From: Octopus sinensis
Lineage: Eukaryota
NCBI RefSeq assembly: GCF_006345805.1
Contig: NC_042999.1
Location: forward strand, 94,364,001-94,428,000
Reading direction: 5' to 3'
DNA length: 64,000 bases
Below the pieces are notes generated by a model. It saw nothing but the letters and a program-made list of their open reading frames with translations, made no database searches and was not told the origin of the DNA. Each line of letters opens with the position of its first letter. Position 1 is the first letter of the stretch. This document shows, piece by piece, positions 26,723 to 40,673 of the stretch. The translations under genes were made by a program, and so were the position numbers.

Positions 26723-27253
26723 ATCGATTTTGAAAATGTTAATAGTCAGAAATTTGTACAAAGCTAAGGAGATGAATAAATTTCAATTCGTTACTGGGGC
26801 TAATGTGCACTGTGCATAACAAATAAATATTCGATAAATTATTATGTAAATTATAGAGATACATTAACAGATAGCAATTAAACACTTTGTCAGTTTTGAT
26901 TTAGGATTAGACAGCAATAATTTCCAGACGTTTGCACATTCTACTGCAGGTGATTACGTCATTCTCTAGATGAGTAGTGACACTAAAAGGCAGTTAATAT
27001 AACGAACGGCAGTTGAGGCGCAACACTTCTTTAAGCATCTTCATGTCTCTTTCTCTCTCCCTCTCTCATTTTCGTTCTCATTCTGTTTCGCTCTGTTGTA
27101 ACATACACGTGTGTGCATTAAAACTCTTGACAAGGAAATATGTCATCTGCGATTTCAAAATTTTGGCTTGCTTGTGTTTACAACTGATTGTGCAGCTTTT
27201 TATACGGTTTGACTAGATGATTTTAAGTGTTGATGAATCTATCTAAAACCCTA

Positions 27254-27305
27254 ATTATATGTGGGATTATATGTGGGATTACATGTGGGATTACATGTGG
27301 GATTA
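27254..27305 (+). repeat. 12-bp tandem repeat ATTAYATGTGGG x4
   Basis: Directly visible: two attatatgtggg then two attacatgtggg units. Confidence 0.95.
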
Positions 27306-27556
27306 GGAAAGTAGTTGTGCAAGAAGGGGACATAAAGGAGGGTGGGTTAAAAGCAAATTATAGCGAGGAAATATATAACATTTGATGTGGCAATTTGTTA
27401 TTGTTTAACGTTCATGTATATAAATAATTTATTTAAAATACGTACATACTCTCGTGTATAGAATTACGTTCATAAACGCTCATTCATACAACAGAATATA
27501 TACGAACATGCATACATATTAATATATGTATATATATATATGTATATATATATATC

Positions 27557-27599
<43 letters not shown>

Positions 27600-27844
27600 A
27601 GTTTATATGTAAGTGAATTCTCTACTAATATAATGATTTCTTAAATATAGCAGCGAAACACGTTTCGTTCTTCTACCTATTATATACAATATATTATTTT
27701 TGTAATTTATTAATCTTCACTTTTTAATTGTTATTTTAATTTTAACTTTTCTAGTTATGTAATCTTCTAGATGGTGTAATTTAATTATTCATTTTGGATT
27801 TGATCGCTTTTATTATTGTTAATGTTATTGTCTGGTTTGGTATT

Positions 27845-27917
<73 letters not shown>

Positions 27918-30900
27918 GTATGCATATATATACATATATTGGAGAGAAGGTGATGAGATGAGAGGGGAGAAAACGGAGTGGCAGAAACCAAGACGGAGAG
28001 AGAAAATATCTGTGTCGTGATTAAAGTTTTACACGTAATGACTGCAAGAAAGAGAGCGTGTAATGAGGAGATAACAGTAACCCGCTTGAACTGAGGGGTG
28101 CAAGCGCGTCTGTCTTTCTGAGAATAGTGCGTGTGAGTGTGAGTGAGTATGTATGTGCGTGAGGGAAGGGCAGTGCATTGCTGGGTGAGCTTAAAAATAT
28201 GTATATTAATAATTCCTGACAAACTACAACTTCCTTCATTTCATTGGACTCAAATAATGAATGATTAGTCTCATTCATTTGGAGGTAACATTCAACCTTT
28301 TGGAGGGATTCATCAATATTAATTGCTAAAAAGCTATAGTGATGGGTATAATGTTTCTGTCCGTACTTGTTTGTATAAACTGTGATAAAGTGTTTATTAC
28401 ATTTAGTCCGTAAATCTATCTAACGCATAAGAACGTTGTAATTCGTTGGATAAAGGCCAATAAAATGGGTAACAAATTAACTGCTGGTTTATACAAATTA
28501 ATATAAACATTTGAAGTCGATACCCAAGCCAGTTGGGACTCGACTAACATAACTAAATTATTATAGTATATATATATATATATATATATAAATTCTCAGT
28601 TTATTGTGCTGAGATTTGTTATATTATAGGGAGTTGCAGAATGGGCCTTCCATTAAATTGAAGTCTTAGATTTATTGTATTTCATTTAATGATGATGCTA
28701 GCACCTACACGAATTTCAGTTTATTTTTCCACTTTAAAAACTTGTGAGTTAAACGATTTTCAGATAAGTGTGTATATACGATACAGATTGTTCTTTTACT
28801 GTTTCAGATCCAATTTGAGAAAAGATAATAACTTATAATTGCAGCTAAATTATAGCTATACATTATATTCGCATATTGTATATTCTTTTGAAGACATATT
28901 TCCCTTCCTATAATAATTTTCTGTTAGGTATAATTTTTTGGTAAATGTACACGAGTATTTTATGTATTTACCTCATGTCGGTAGAAATGTTTTCTTTTGT
29001 TCTATGAGGAAATACATTTTTATTATTTAAAAAATCCATGATTTAAGAATTGTATTCTAATAACTTTCAAACAGCGTATTGTCTATATCATCCGTCTGTA
29101 TATATTGCATTGATGATAACCTTTGATTTGTAGTTCAGAGGAAAAGATAAATAATATGTCAAATTATTTATAAATATACTCACCCAAGTAACAAAGTTGT
29201 AATCAATTTTATGAATGTAATGAAATAACATGCATATTGCGGAGATTATTTTCTAAAATATATTATACAACAATGATAATCTGCATTATGTGTTGTATTT
29301 TCTTTCTAGTGAAACGAAAATATTTTGTAAATCATTTTTCAGAATTATTTACGTCAGAATATTGCAGTAGATACTAAAATTTCTCAAGTTCACAGTAATG
29401 TCTATGCATATGATAAACTTTCAGACTGATAAAGATTGATTATTAATTCATCAAACCACATCCTGTGCAAAATTCAATCAGCATGGCACAACATAATATT
29501 CATCTTTAACTCATTCTGAAGGGCTAAAGTTTATATGTCGTACACAAGTGTCCAGTATAAGTGACAATGGAACATGGCAAATGCGAATATCACATTGAAA
29601 AAGATCTATATAACATACGCTTTAAAAAATTCATAATTAGTACTGATGCAATATTTCAGAGGGGTTACCTTTGTGAAATAATATTTATTGATAACTACTG
29701 GCAAATAATGTGAAGTCGACAAACACTAATCGAAGTCTTAATAATTAAGTTATAATATAAATAGATAGACATAGCCTGCGGCAATTTCAGTCGACTTACA
29801 AACGTGGATCAGCCAAGACGTGTTGGCATTATGCCCAGAATATAGCCAAGGCATTTCTTGTTTTGCCAAACCTATAAAATGTTATAGATTTAAACCGTAT
29901 TTTCCAACATATTCCTTTGTTCCATATTTGTGTAAATCGATAACTTTCTAGACTGCATATCGCATGTCATTCTATTATTTTTGCATCGTTAAATATCGTC
30001 TCTTTTCTTATTCCCACATCACGATAGATATAATATACGCTTAATATTATTTAATATGATTTTTCCCTATTTCCAACAAAGTAAATGGAATGAGTCAATG
30101 AGTAAGTTAGTTTTATTGGAATATCATTGGAGTGTGGAAGCCAATGGGAGAGATATAATGTTTTATCTCACATATTCATACAAATTAAAACATTAACGTT
30201 TTGAAATATTTATCACGTTCCAGCGATCTCTATTTTCTAGCAATACACGATATAATGTATCATTTTACTAAGCATTCTTTTGATGTCTTTTCCAGCAACA
30301 TTAGCGACAGATGTGGAACCGAAATATTATGGAATACTTACGGCTTCCATTGAGAGTTTAAGAAAGATGTAGGATGTAGTTGTATGTCCACTGATGTATG
30401 ATACAGTATAGCATTGACAATTTTGGTCAACTTTTCATTTTTTAAATACTATTTAACCATCAAAGGCTTCACACTTATCTAAAAATCATGCTGAATCTCT
30501 GACTACTATTCCATTTCTGTATATCAGTACATTCTTAGATGGTTGAATGTGTTTTATATTTTGTTTGATTACAATAATGATGGGTAAAAAATGATATTTC
30601 AGTCTTTTGTTCGCATTTCTATGTAGTAACTATCAAAAAGAATACATGAATTTTTATACGCAGTAACAGAAAGAAACTATTTTAGTGATAACGTTAACAA
30701 TGTTTCAACAGTAATAGTGATGGCCAGAAAATTGTATAGCTTTCAATCAAGGCATTGAAAACCCCTTGTTCAGATACAAGCTATCTGTTTTTACACTGCT
30801 ACTTCTATTAAGATTACAAGTTCTTAAAAGTGTCTCTGAATTCTCAGTATTTATAAGCCTGAATCGCTAACCTGCATACGCTATAAAAATATTTAAAATC

Positions 30901-32499
30901 GACCACTTTTTATTTATTTGATCGTCACACAAATGTCTGTTCTTATATACATAATAAATACTACAAACTGTAACGTTTCCTAAAGGTCTAATTTTCTTGA
31001 TATATCTTCCCGTCTTTGAATATGGTCAACTGCATTGATTTCACCACCCCGTACGTATATCAAAGTTACTAAGCATCTTCAACTATTTCATTAAAAATGG
31101 TATGTTGAGTCTGACAACTTAGAAGAAACAGATTTGTTTTCTTCTTTGAATAAAACAATGAATTCGTGCAACCCATATTAAATGGTTGCTTTCATTACGT
31201 TCTACAGCATTATACTCTATTTACCTAATACCTTTATTTATATAAAGGTATTAGGTAGTTTATCAACGTTGCATTACTTAGATATTTATATCAAGTTGAC
31301 ATTAATATTGTATATTTGATAGTTGAAGTGTCTTAAGATGGTATTTCTTTTCACAAACCCCAACAAATCGCAATTCCCATGTTATACCAGTATGCAACTA
31401 CATTTTCGTATCTGCAAGGAAGACGAAATGCCACTCCCTGAAAAAAATGCGATCAATTATGGAAGAAGCGAAATGATTGCTGAAGTATCTCAGAACTAGT
31501 TCCTTTCACGTATTTGAATGACATTTTGCCTCACCTGGTTCATTTTTTCTCAAATTAGCTCCATTTTATATGCGTGAATTAACCTTCTCATATTACCTTT
31601 GAAACACTCTTTAGAAAGGAATTGAAGTTTCTGTGATTCATATGAAACCTATGTAAATGTAATTATCTAATTTTCTATTACTTTCACAATTTATTTCTCT
31701 AGAAACATGAGTTCATGTTTTGCTGAAGGACAGTCATGCATCATCCGTTTACAGCCGATTGTCGAGGTCCAAATCAAAGCATACACAAACAACATAAAAT
31801 TAATTTTCAATGTACTACATACTTTTCGTTAATGATTTTATCTGCTCCGAATTTTTGGCTAATATCACAACCGATTTTGTCGTCACCTTTATTATTGGGA
31901 ATATTATAGAAGGTACCTAGAAAACGGTTAATATTGTTATTTTACTATTGCTATTGTAAACTATATTTGTAGTGTTGCCTCGTCAGTATTGATGGTAAAG
32001 TTGGAATTACCGCTCCAATTTTCTCCAGGATTTTCCGGCAGCTTACAAAACCATGAAGAATTCTCAAAAAGTCTCTTCATACTTGTTTTAGTTTAGCTTA
32101 TTTTATATCCATTGCTGATCCCCAGGAAGAAAATGCAGGCATTGAACACTATTGCCGCGACCTGGTCAATACTCGAAAAGTAAAACGTTACCTGTAGTTT
32201 AATCCTCAACTAAAAGAGAAACCACCACCCATTCCGCCAATTCCACTTGGATAGATTCTTTCACTGAACGTGAACATTGAATATATACAACATACGAACG
32301 CTAGACAGAAGATGTATGCTCCCCTGACAAATTACCTCAGCACATATACCCAGAATATAATATAATATAATGCAGTCATCATCCAACACGGTCTTTTTTC
32401 CCAAAACCAAACTCAAGGGATATAATCACAGAAAATCTTCCATCCAAAATAACACCCTTTGGTTTCTTGTTCTCTTTAGGAAACGTTTTGTGAAATCCT

Positions 32500-32762
32500 G
32501 AGATTCTTTGTATTCTCATCCAAAAGGGAGGCCAAAAGTGAGGCTCAGCAGGGAGAACCATGCCTTTGAGACTCAGTCTCAACTCATGGCTCGCCACTTC
32601 ATCCTTCGTAGATATCCCCTCACCACAATCCCCACCTCCTTAGCCATCAGCTCTCTCTTCCTCTGCACCCGCCCCGCTGTCATTCGTCTCCCGTTTCGTC
32701 TCACCTACAACCCCTCCTCCCTGCATCTTCACCGCACTATTCTCCAAACCTTCCGGGGACTC
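32500..32762 (+). mobile_element. Penelope-like element RT thumb/linker remnant
   Basis: YSHP...RLSR..AFETQSQLMARHFILRRYP...RLPFRLTYNPSSLHLHRTILQTFRGL resembles the PLE pattern SSHP..RLRR.CS...F...RGYP...RIPLVLTYHP. Truncated by (TATG)n. Confidence 0.6.
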
Positions 32763-32832
32763 CATTTATGTATGTGTGTGTGTGTATGTATGTATGTATG
32801 TATGTATGTATGTATGTATGTATGTATGTATG

Positions 32833-32900
<68 letters not shown>

Positions 32901-32941
32901 CGTCATTTACAATATCATCGTCATTGTTGTTGTTGTTGTTA

Positions 32942-33146
32942 AGTCAGGGAGCTACCAGAATAGTTACCACCTCGAAAAACTACTTTGCAGCACTTCCGGT
33001 GTTACGTTCTGAGGTCAAATACTATTGATATCGACCTTGTCTTTCATCGTTTTGTAGTCGATAACATGAGAACTAGTTGAGTTCTGGGTTTGATAATATC
33101 GACTAATCAGTTTTGAAAATGTCGGACCTTGTGCCTATAGTATAAA
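32942..33146 (+). mobile_element. Degenerate SINE, family B
   Basis: gttacgttctgaggtcaaat...tcgaccttgtctttcatc and tail ccttgtgcctatagta. Confidence 0.65.
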
Positions 33147-34644
33147 TAAATAGTAATTTGTATTCACAAACAATGTAACATTGTTTTCCTTCTAGAATTC
33201 AGTTCATAAATTCCTCTTAAATAATGAAGCAGTATTTACGATAACGCCTTAATGCTATTCAAATTATATTAATACAACATATTTCAAATTATTCACTTCT
33301 CCGAGGATGCTGTATTATGCGGTTCAAATCCATTTTATAAGTTATTTCATCTGGTAAACCCAATAAATTGTGTTTTGAGTTTCTTATAAATATCTGCATC
33401 TATGTCTTTATGTAACGATAAAAAGGAAAATGGAAAATTATTTAAAGATATTGCAGTATAATTAGAACCATTTATCAATATGAAAATTTAATAAAGATGA
33501 CAGGAAAAGTAACATACAATTTTTAAATTAAACGATGTAACATTAAATGAAACTTTCGTTATTATTTATAATTTCAGACTCTGCAATAAATGAGATCCAA
33601 AAAATTTCCTTTTGTGTCTTACATTTGTTTTGTATCTTATATGCGCTTAAATAGATTAAGAGTATATTATTTGTGCTATAAAAGAGCCGTTAACGATGGT
33701 TCTAACATACATCATATTGCGTTTCAAGCGAATAACACTAAATGTAAGTTAATCTAATCTGTCATATTTATTATGATTTTCTACAAGAAATGTTAACCAA
33801 CGCTGCGATTTGAATTACTGCAGTAATGATAGTAATTTCAAGGATGTAATTAATCTGCGAAAACTTAAGGGAATACAAATAGATAAAGGTTAAATAATAG
33901 CTCATGAAAGAAATGTAGATTATTTCATAAAGAAGTTTACGAAATTGTTATAGGCCTCTACCTTCCTTTGTAGGGAATATGTTTTATAGTCACTCGATCT
34001 TTAAATAGATTTGTCAAAGGGCAAATGATAGCTTAAACCCCCGTAGTAATACATAGGTGCTGTATGGTTTCTGTTAAGATAATTTGAGTATTTCTCTTAA
34101 TATTTGGATTCGTATTGAATACATTTCTGTATGGAGAGAAGGACGGCAATCTGCATGTTCCAAACGGAAAAGTATTTACAGAAGTACACTTGTAATTAAT
34201 AATGTTTCGGATATACATAGTATTTCCATTAAAACTTTGGCTAAGGGAAAACAGTTGATATTGATTTGTTGAAAACTGTGGATATATGTGTATGTGTGCA
34301 TGTGCATGTGTGGGTGTAGGCTGATGATATCATTGTACTCTCTTCTGCACCGAAAGAAATTTAGAGTCTCAATAATGTTGAAGGATTGTTGTAAACTTCG
34401 GTGTGACCATGAAATTATGTTAATCTGAAGAGCTAGCACTCTATAACTGCACTGATTTGTAAATGTGCAATGACACTGTACAGCATGTGTATCATGCATA
34501 TTGTTACAAACATGTAAAATAATTAATTACACACCAACATTATAATTACGTAATGCAGGTTGCGAAACACACCTGTCCGTCATTCTAAGGATATCAAGTA
34601 CTTATATAAATATATTCACCTCCCATACCTACTGACATTTTATG

Positions 34645-34688
<44 letters not shown>

Positions 34689-34756
34689 TTATGTATGTAT
34701 GTATGTGTGTGTGTATGTGTGTATGTATGTATGTATGTACGCATGTACGTATGTAG

Positions 34757-35241
34757 CAGGTGGAGAAGGATTATGCATGAGGGGACAGCCACGTTTGAGA
34801 CATCTTGAGTTGCACGTGAGAAAGTAAGGAGGGATATCAGGAAGGGCAACGCAGTTACACTTCCAGAAGGGAAGGGTCTTCCGTTGATTCTGATATGCAA
34901 TGTCTGTGCAAGACCCTGCCTCAGTAAAGCTGGACTCATGAGTCATCTTCGTAGTCATAAAACCAGACAAATAAGTGTCTGGTGGTGGTGTAACACACCA
35001 TACTAATCATATATGTCGGGCATGTGGAAGAGAGTATAATTCGGCTGGAGGACTTAAACGACATGCAGAGGTACATGAAGCCCAGTTACAACTACAGCCG
35101 GCTACCAGTAAAGGTCTTAATTGCCAATTTTGTACAAGACATTGTAGATCTTTAGCTGGGCTAAAAAGTCACATTCGATCACAGCACCAGTAACAGTTAA
35201 GCTTCGTGCAATGGCCATGCTCGATAACGAGGGGGCAGCCA

Positions 35242-35243
<2 letters not shown>
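34757..35243 (+). mobile_element. RTE-clade LINE 3' end with three C2H2 zinc fingers
   Basis: RWRRIMHEG..FE..REKVRR (RTE C-terminal pattern), then C2H2 fingers at 34896-34958, 35014-35076 and 35122-35187. One stop and one frameshift. Short 3' UTR running into an (AT)n tail. Confidence 0.75.
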
Positions 35244-35308
<65 letters not shown>

Positions 35309-37321
35309 TATATACACATATATAAATATATATGTATGTATGTATATATATATATATATGTATGTATATATATATATATATAATATATATATATATATAT
35401 GTATGTATGTATGTATGTATATATATATATGTATATATATCTATACCTATATATATATATACAATGAAATTTGTGTGTGTGTACATAATTTTACACATAT
35501 ATATGTGTATATTTAGCATAGCAAAGAACTGCTTTGGGATTTCGAGAAGTACAATGAAATATCAGTAGTATCACCAAGCGTAAGATAGCAAGGCTCTTCA
35601 ATGTCGCACTTGACTTGGATACTACTACGTAGAAATATGATAATTCCCTAAGATAAATTTGTAATAACCATCTTGTCTTCTTTGAAAATGTATCGTTTTT
35701 AGTGTTTGATATAGCGTGCTTTATGTATTATAGAACCGGACGTGAGACGATTCTAACATGTAACAATTGTATTTCTACTAAACATTAAAGAAAGCAGTAG
35801 CTCTGAAGAATCTCTGTTACTGAATATTAGATCTATTATTCTTTATAAAATAGTGGCAATAAAATTGACAACATCTCTGATACGTTGCGCATTTCCAGAG
35901 TAACAATACACTATACATACTTTACCTAGGTATTGAGTTTTCTATAATTTTTTGTGGTTATATTACATTAAAGCATTAGGAATATACATGTGTGTGTGTG
36001 TGCGCGCACTTCTGTGTATGTGTGCGGGCGTGTGCGTGAGTGTGTGTGCCCGTGCACGCGAACTCATTTCCCAAAAATGACGCATACATTGAGTACGTTT
36101 ATCCAGTAATTATGGCTCCGTTCGAGCAAAATTTTGATGGTATTTTTCAAACTTTCCACCTTAACGTTGTTGTTCTTGCCATTCACACACTTTCGTTTAT
36201 CTGCACTACATAAATGTAATTTGTCACCTATACTACAAAAGCCTCACTTAAGCGTTCTTAAAGATACTTCTACCATATCACATCAAATCGAATCTCATAC
36301 GACTCCAGTGATTATGTCCCAAAACTATCATCTTAAATATTACTGCTGTTTTCTCTCTTACAACGGTATACAGTTTCATCCGCATAACACTATGCAATTT
36401 CGCATCCAAGAGAAATCCATGCACGCAAGTTCTCTGCATCCTAAGAAAGATAACTCTCCAAAATTTATTCCTCTCTTAGCAGTATCAAAGTAGGCTTATA
36501 TCTGTTAATAGAGAGCGGTTTGTAACTACACATTATGCATTAATGAATTTCTACACAAATGGCATTCTCTCTATGAAACTATCTAAAATGCTACAGAAAA
36601 TGATTCTCACATTAACAAATTTTTAGGTGACCCCTTATTTATGAGAGAGTACTGTTGCGGCATTCATAAGTATTCAAGAAACCATTTGGCTGAGTACTAA
36701 CGAAGCATATACCAATATACTAATCCTACTAAGCAGACGCATTATGTCTTAACTGTACGTAGTTTTTTTTCTTTTCTGAACTAATTAGCAAATTGCAATG
36801 TATTCTCTCTATGATCTAATGGAACCACATGTTTCGGTTTAACTTCCATGTTCTGTTTCTATCTCAAAAGAAATATTGCTGCAAACAGTACCCCAAGACA
36901 TCAAGGAGTCCCCACTTGCAGATGGTCTTGGATTTTATTAAAGTCTTATATTGTTCAGATTATTGAATATGATTTTAAAAAGTTTCTTAGTGTTTCGAGA
37001 CAAAACAAGTTTCAACAAATGACTAAACATAATTAAACAAATGATTTCAAAATACTAGATTCACGGGATGTAGTTTTTGTTTCGGGCATATTTATATGTG
37101 ACCAGGTTTTATTATGTTTACGAGCCTTCTAACAATGATCATCCAACTGTCAAGCAGGATATCCAAAACTGCGAATAGAAAATGTGAAGGAAATTTGAAT
37201 GATGTATTTTGTTTTTGTTTTTTCTTAGAGGCTGAGGAACTTTGTACGTACTTAAAAAAATACAAATAATTTTTATCTGCACGTTGGTATATATAGGTGT
37301 CTCTTACATATATTATATATG

Positions 37322-37371
<50 letters not shown>

Positions 37372-37764
37372 TATAATATATATATATACATACATGTTAA
37401 ATAAAATGAGACAACAAAGCCAAGGGTGGGTGGAATATTCAGGCCATTTATAAAGAGAAAGTTACCCTTATACACACATGCATACATGCTTACATACATC
37501 CATCCATACATACATACATACAGAGACATGTCTCGCCCTGTTTCAAACCAATCATGAGTATTGTATAGTGTGTATGTACGTTATACAAAATTATGTGCCG
37601 TGCAAATATTTAAAGGTCTTCTATACGCAATATGCTAATTGATACAATTTATCATTGTATCCTTATGTTAATATAATCTATAATTTACTTCAGTTCTTAC
37701 GCACACACATACACACTACACACTCATGCACAATCACGCACGCGCACATACTTCAACTTTTACT

Positions 37765-37815
<51 letters not shown>

Positions 37816-38320
37816 CATATAATTATGTGCGTGTGTGTGTGTTTTTTGTGCGTGAGTGAGAGAGAAAAGAGAGAGAGAGAGACTGTGTGAGTGCATTTGT
37901 GGGTACCCGCGAGTGTATATATATATACATATATAACGTTGCGTACGTATAAGAACAGTTTTGCAAAAATTGCAGAAAGCATAATTTCTGAGAAATGCAT
38001 GTTGTTATACTGCGTTCTGCTGTAATGGTTAATGAAATAAAGGATACATCAATATATTTTGTTCCAGAAAATGTCACTGCATAGTTTATAGAATTTTTGT
38101 TATAGAACCTTCGAAAATATTAGCAATTCCTTCGTGTCCATATTTCTTAATTAACTCGACGTGGTCACGTTCCAGGTGAGTGATCATAGTAAACCTTTAT
38201 ATAAATTGACATCTAATTAACAATCAGACTGACATACACAAACACACATACACAATCACACATACACAAACACACACTCAATCAAACACACACACATATA
38301 TGTGTGTGTGTCTGTGTCTG

Positions 38321-38353
<33 letters not shown>

Positions 38354-38487
38354 GTTTCAGACGTTATAACATCGCCATCAGACTTTGACTTATAGGCTCA
38401 TAGAGTGAGTATTCAGTCTGGTAGACCGAGTATACAGAAAGGAAGAAATGTTATAATTTACCCGACATCAATGCATCTAATTATCTT

Positions 38488-38625
38488 TTCTTATTTTAGC
38501 ACAGTTCCTGCATACTTAAGGGATAGGGGATTCTATCACATCGACCCTAGTGCACATCTGGTACATATTTTATCGGCACCAAGATGAAAGGCAACGTAGG
38601 CTTAGGCCGTTATTTGTCTCGAAGA
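38488..38625 (-). mobile_element. Degenerate SINE, family B
   Basis: catcgaccctagtgcacatctggtacatattttatcg...gatgaaaggcaa matches the family body. Confidence 0.6.
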
Positions 38626-38737
38626 TATCCCATGATAGTAGAATAGTATTTAACTGCCATTTCTAAATTTCGGTATGTGGTGAAGCAATTTTACTGAGCC
38701 CTAATTATAATTATGCTTACTTATAATTATAGAAATT

Positions 38738-38801
<64 letters not shown>

Positions 38802-39275
38802 TTTGTGTTCATATTGTTAGTATTTGGAGTTTCTCAACAAATGGTTAAAATTTTCGAAACTATGAAAATATGTAACTTGGGATATAGAAAATCTTGACGA
38901 CGTCAAATCTTTCCTTTGATGCGTTATTGTATTATGTGTAGGAAAATTTGTCAAACCAAGTAAGAAGTTTAAATCTTAAAAATAATATAACGTAATTTGA
39001 AAACACACACACACACACAGAAGCATATGTATATGTAGATACAGTTGTGTGTTTGCGCTTTTGTTGTCAGTAATATTCTAGCACTAGTCAATGTCATATC
39101 ATAACCCTTATAAATATTTATTTCTATCTTGAGAATAAGTTAATTCGCTATACTATATTGAAGATTAAACTTAAGAATATGTTACATTGTAGATAATACA
39201 TAACAAACACCTTGGGGATATAAACTCGTTTCTTACAAACGAATGTCATTATTTGATGTACTAATGGTGTTGTGT

Positions 39276-39520
39276 GGGGGCACATGGCCTAGTGGTTAGA
39301 GCAGCGGGCTCGCGGTCGAGGGACCGTGGGTTCGAATCTCAGACCGGGCGATGTGTGTGTTTATGAGCGAAACACCTAAGCTCCACTCGGCTCCACAGAA
39401 GGTAATGGCGAACTTCTGGTGACTCTTTGCCACAACTTTCTCTCACTCTTTCCTCCTGCATCTTGCAGCTCACCTGCGACAGACCGTCGGGGAAACTATA
39501 CGCCAAGGAAACTGGGAAAA
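39276..39520 (+). mobile_element. tRNA-derived SINE, family C
   Basis: GGGGGCACATGGCCTAGTGGTTAGAGC (A box) and GGTTCGAATC (B box) followed by non-tRNA body. No closing acceptor stem. Confidence 0.8.
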
Positions 39521-39756
39521 TTTAAGTATGCAGGTCTTGTGCCAAAATAAGAAATGATAATTAGAAGTATTGATGTCGGGTAAAATATAACGCTTCATCA
39601 TTTCTGAATACTCGGACTACAAGACTGAATACTCATTCTATGAGTCTATAACTCAAAGTTTGTTAGTGATGTTATAAAGTCTGAAATGAATTTCTTTTTA
39701 AACAGCTAACAGAAAAATGATAAATACAAGCATATCGTTCACATTGTCTAACTACA

Positions 39757-39830
<74 letters not shown>

Positions 39831-40364
39831 AGCAATACCTATTGATTTTCTATAATACATTTATCTCTGGATACGATATACAGTCGACTGATTGCCAGTG
39901 TACAACGTCTGACTCGAATCATTCCTGGCAAAACTATTTCTGTCGAATTTCGTTTCTACATATATTGAAAGAGCAATACACCATGAGCAATTAAAACAAA
40001 GCATATTCATGGACCCAGTCAGAGATAGCACCAATCTCTTCCACAGCATAAATATTGGAATATGTGCCTTAGAACTCAATATAAAATCAATTGCTCTTCT
40101 TATGAGAAAATACGTAAAGTTTGTACCTAAATTATATTACAAATCGAATTTGTATAGTATTAGTTTTGTATATATATATCCATATTAATATTGACTCATA
40201 AATTTCTTTCCAAATATAGTCTCGCTAATGTAATTAATCCGTCTCCATATACATGTACACACATATGTGTGTGTCTGTGTGCGCGCGTATGTGTGTGCAT
40301 TTACGTACATACGCAGATATATATGTATATTTATGAGTATATATATATATATATAATGTACACG

Positions 40365-40395
<31 letters not shown>

Positions 40396-40640
40396 GCATA
40401 CATGCCTGTATGTATGCATATATGTATATATGTGCCTGTGTATATGTGGAGACACATAGCTTATTGTTTAGGGTGTTGCACATGTCTTCGGTAATCACGG
40501 CTTCTATTCATGAATCGAGAGAAAGCATTCGATTTCACGTTGCTCCAAGCACTTCACGGACAAAAATGATGAATCAAAGTACAGACCAGCATCACGTGCT
40601 CTAAGTCCAGGTAATCGACGTTATGAATCTATGGCTCAGG

Positions 40641-40673
<33 letters not shown>

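Larger units (their letters stand above)
38355..39686. repeat. 165-bp inverted repeat pair (38355-38519 and 39522-39686)
   Basis: tttcagacgttataacatc...gagtattcagtctggtagaccgagtat...tttacccgacatcaat...cctgcatacttaa is matched by its diverged reverse complement. Confidence 0.85.

Noticed and set aside
27190-28110. Minus-strand TATA/Inr-like motifs as a promoter
   Set aside because: TATA-Inr spacing is too short (about 19 nt) and the motifs are expected by chance.
36134-36493. 119-aa ORF with a signal-peptide-like start
   Set aside because: No recognisable family, TTG start, no supporting gene structure.
38354-38381. Fifth hammerhead (minus CUGAUGG-hairpin-GAAAC)
   Set aside because: A9 is G, there is no GUH after a stem III, and the partner arm (39660-39686) lacks the core.
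39276-39350. Genuine tRNA gene
   Set aside because: A and B boxes are present, but there is no acceptor-stem closure and it continues into a SINE body.
40472-40610. Exon-like segment with one in-frame TGA (40511-40513), possible selenocysteine or THAP-like CSKHF
   Set aside because: No SECIS or selenoprotein motif seen, THAP pattern incomplete, no partner exons.
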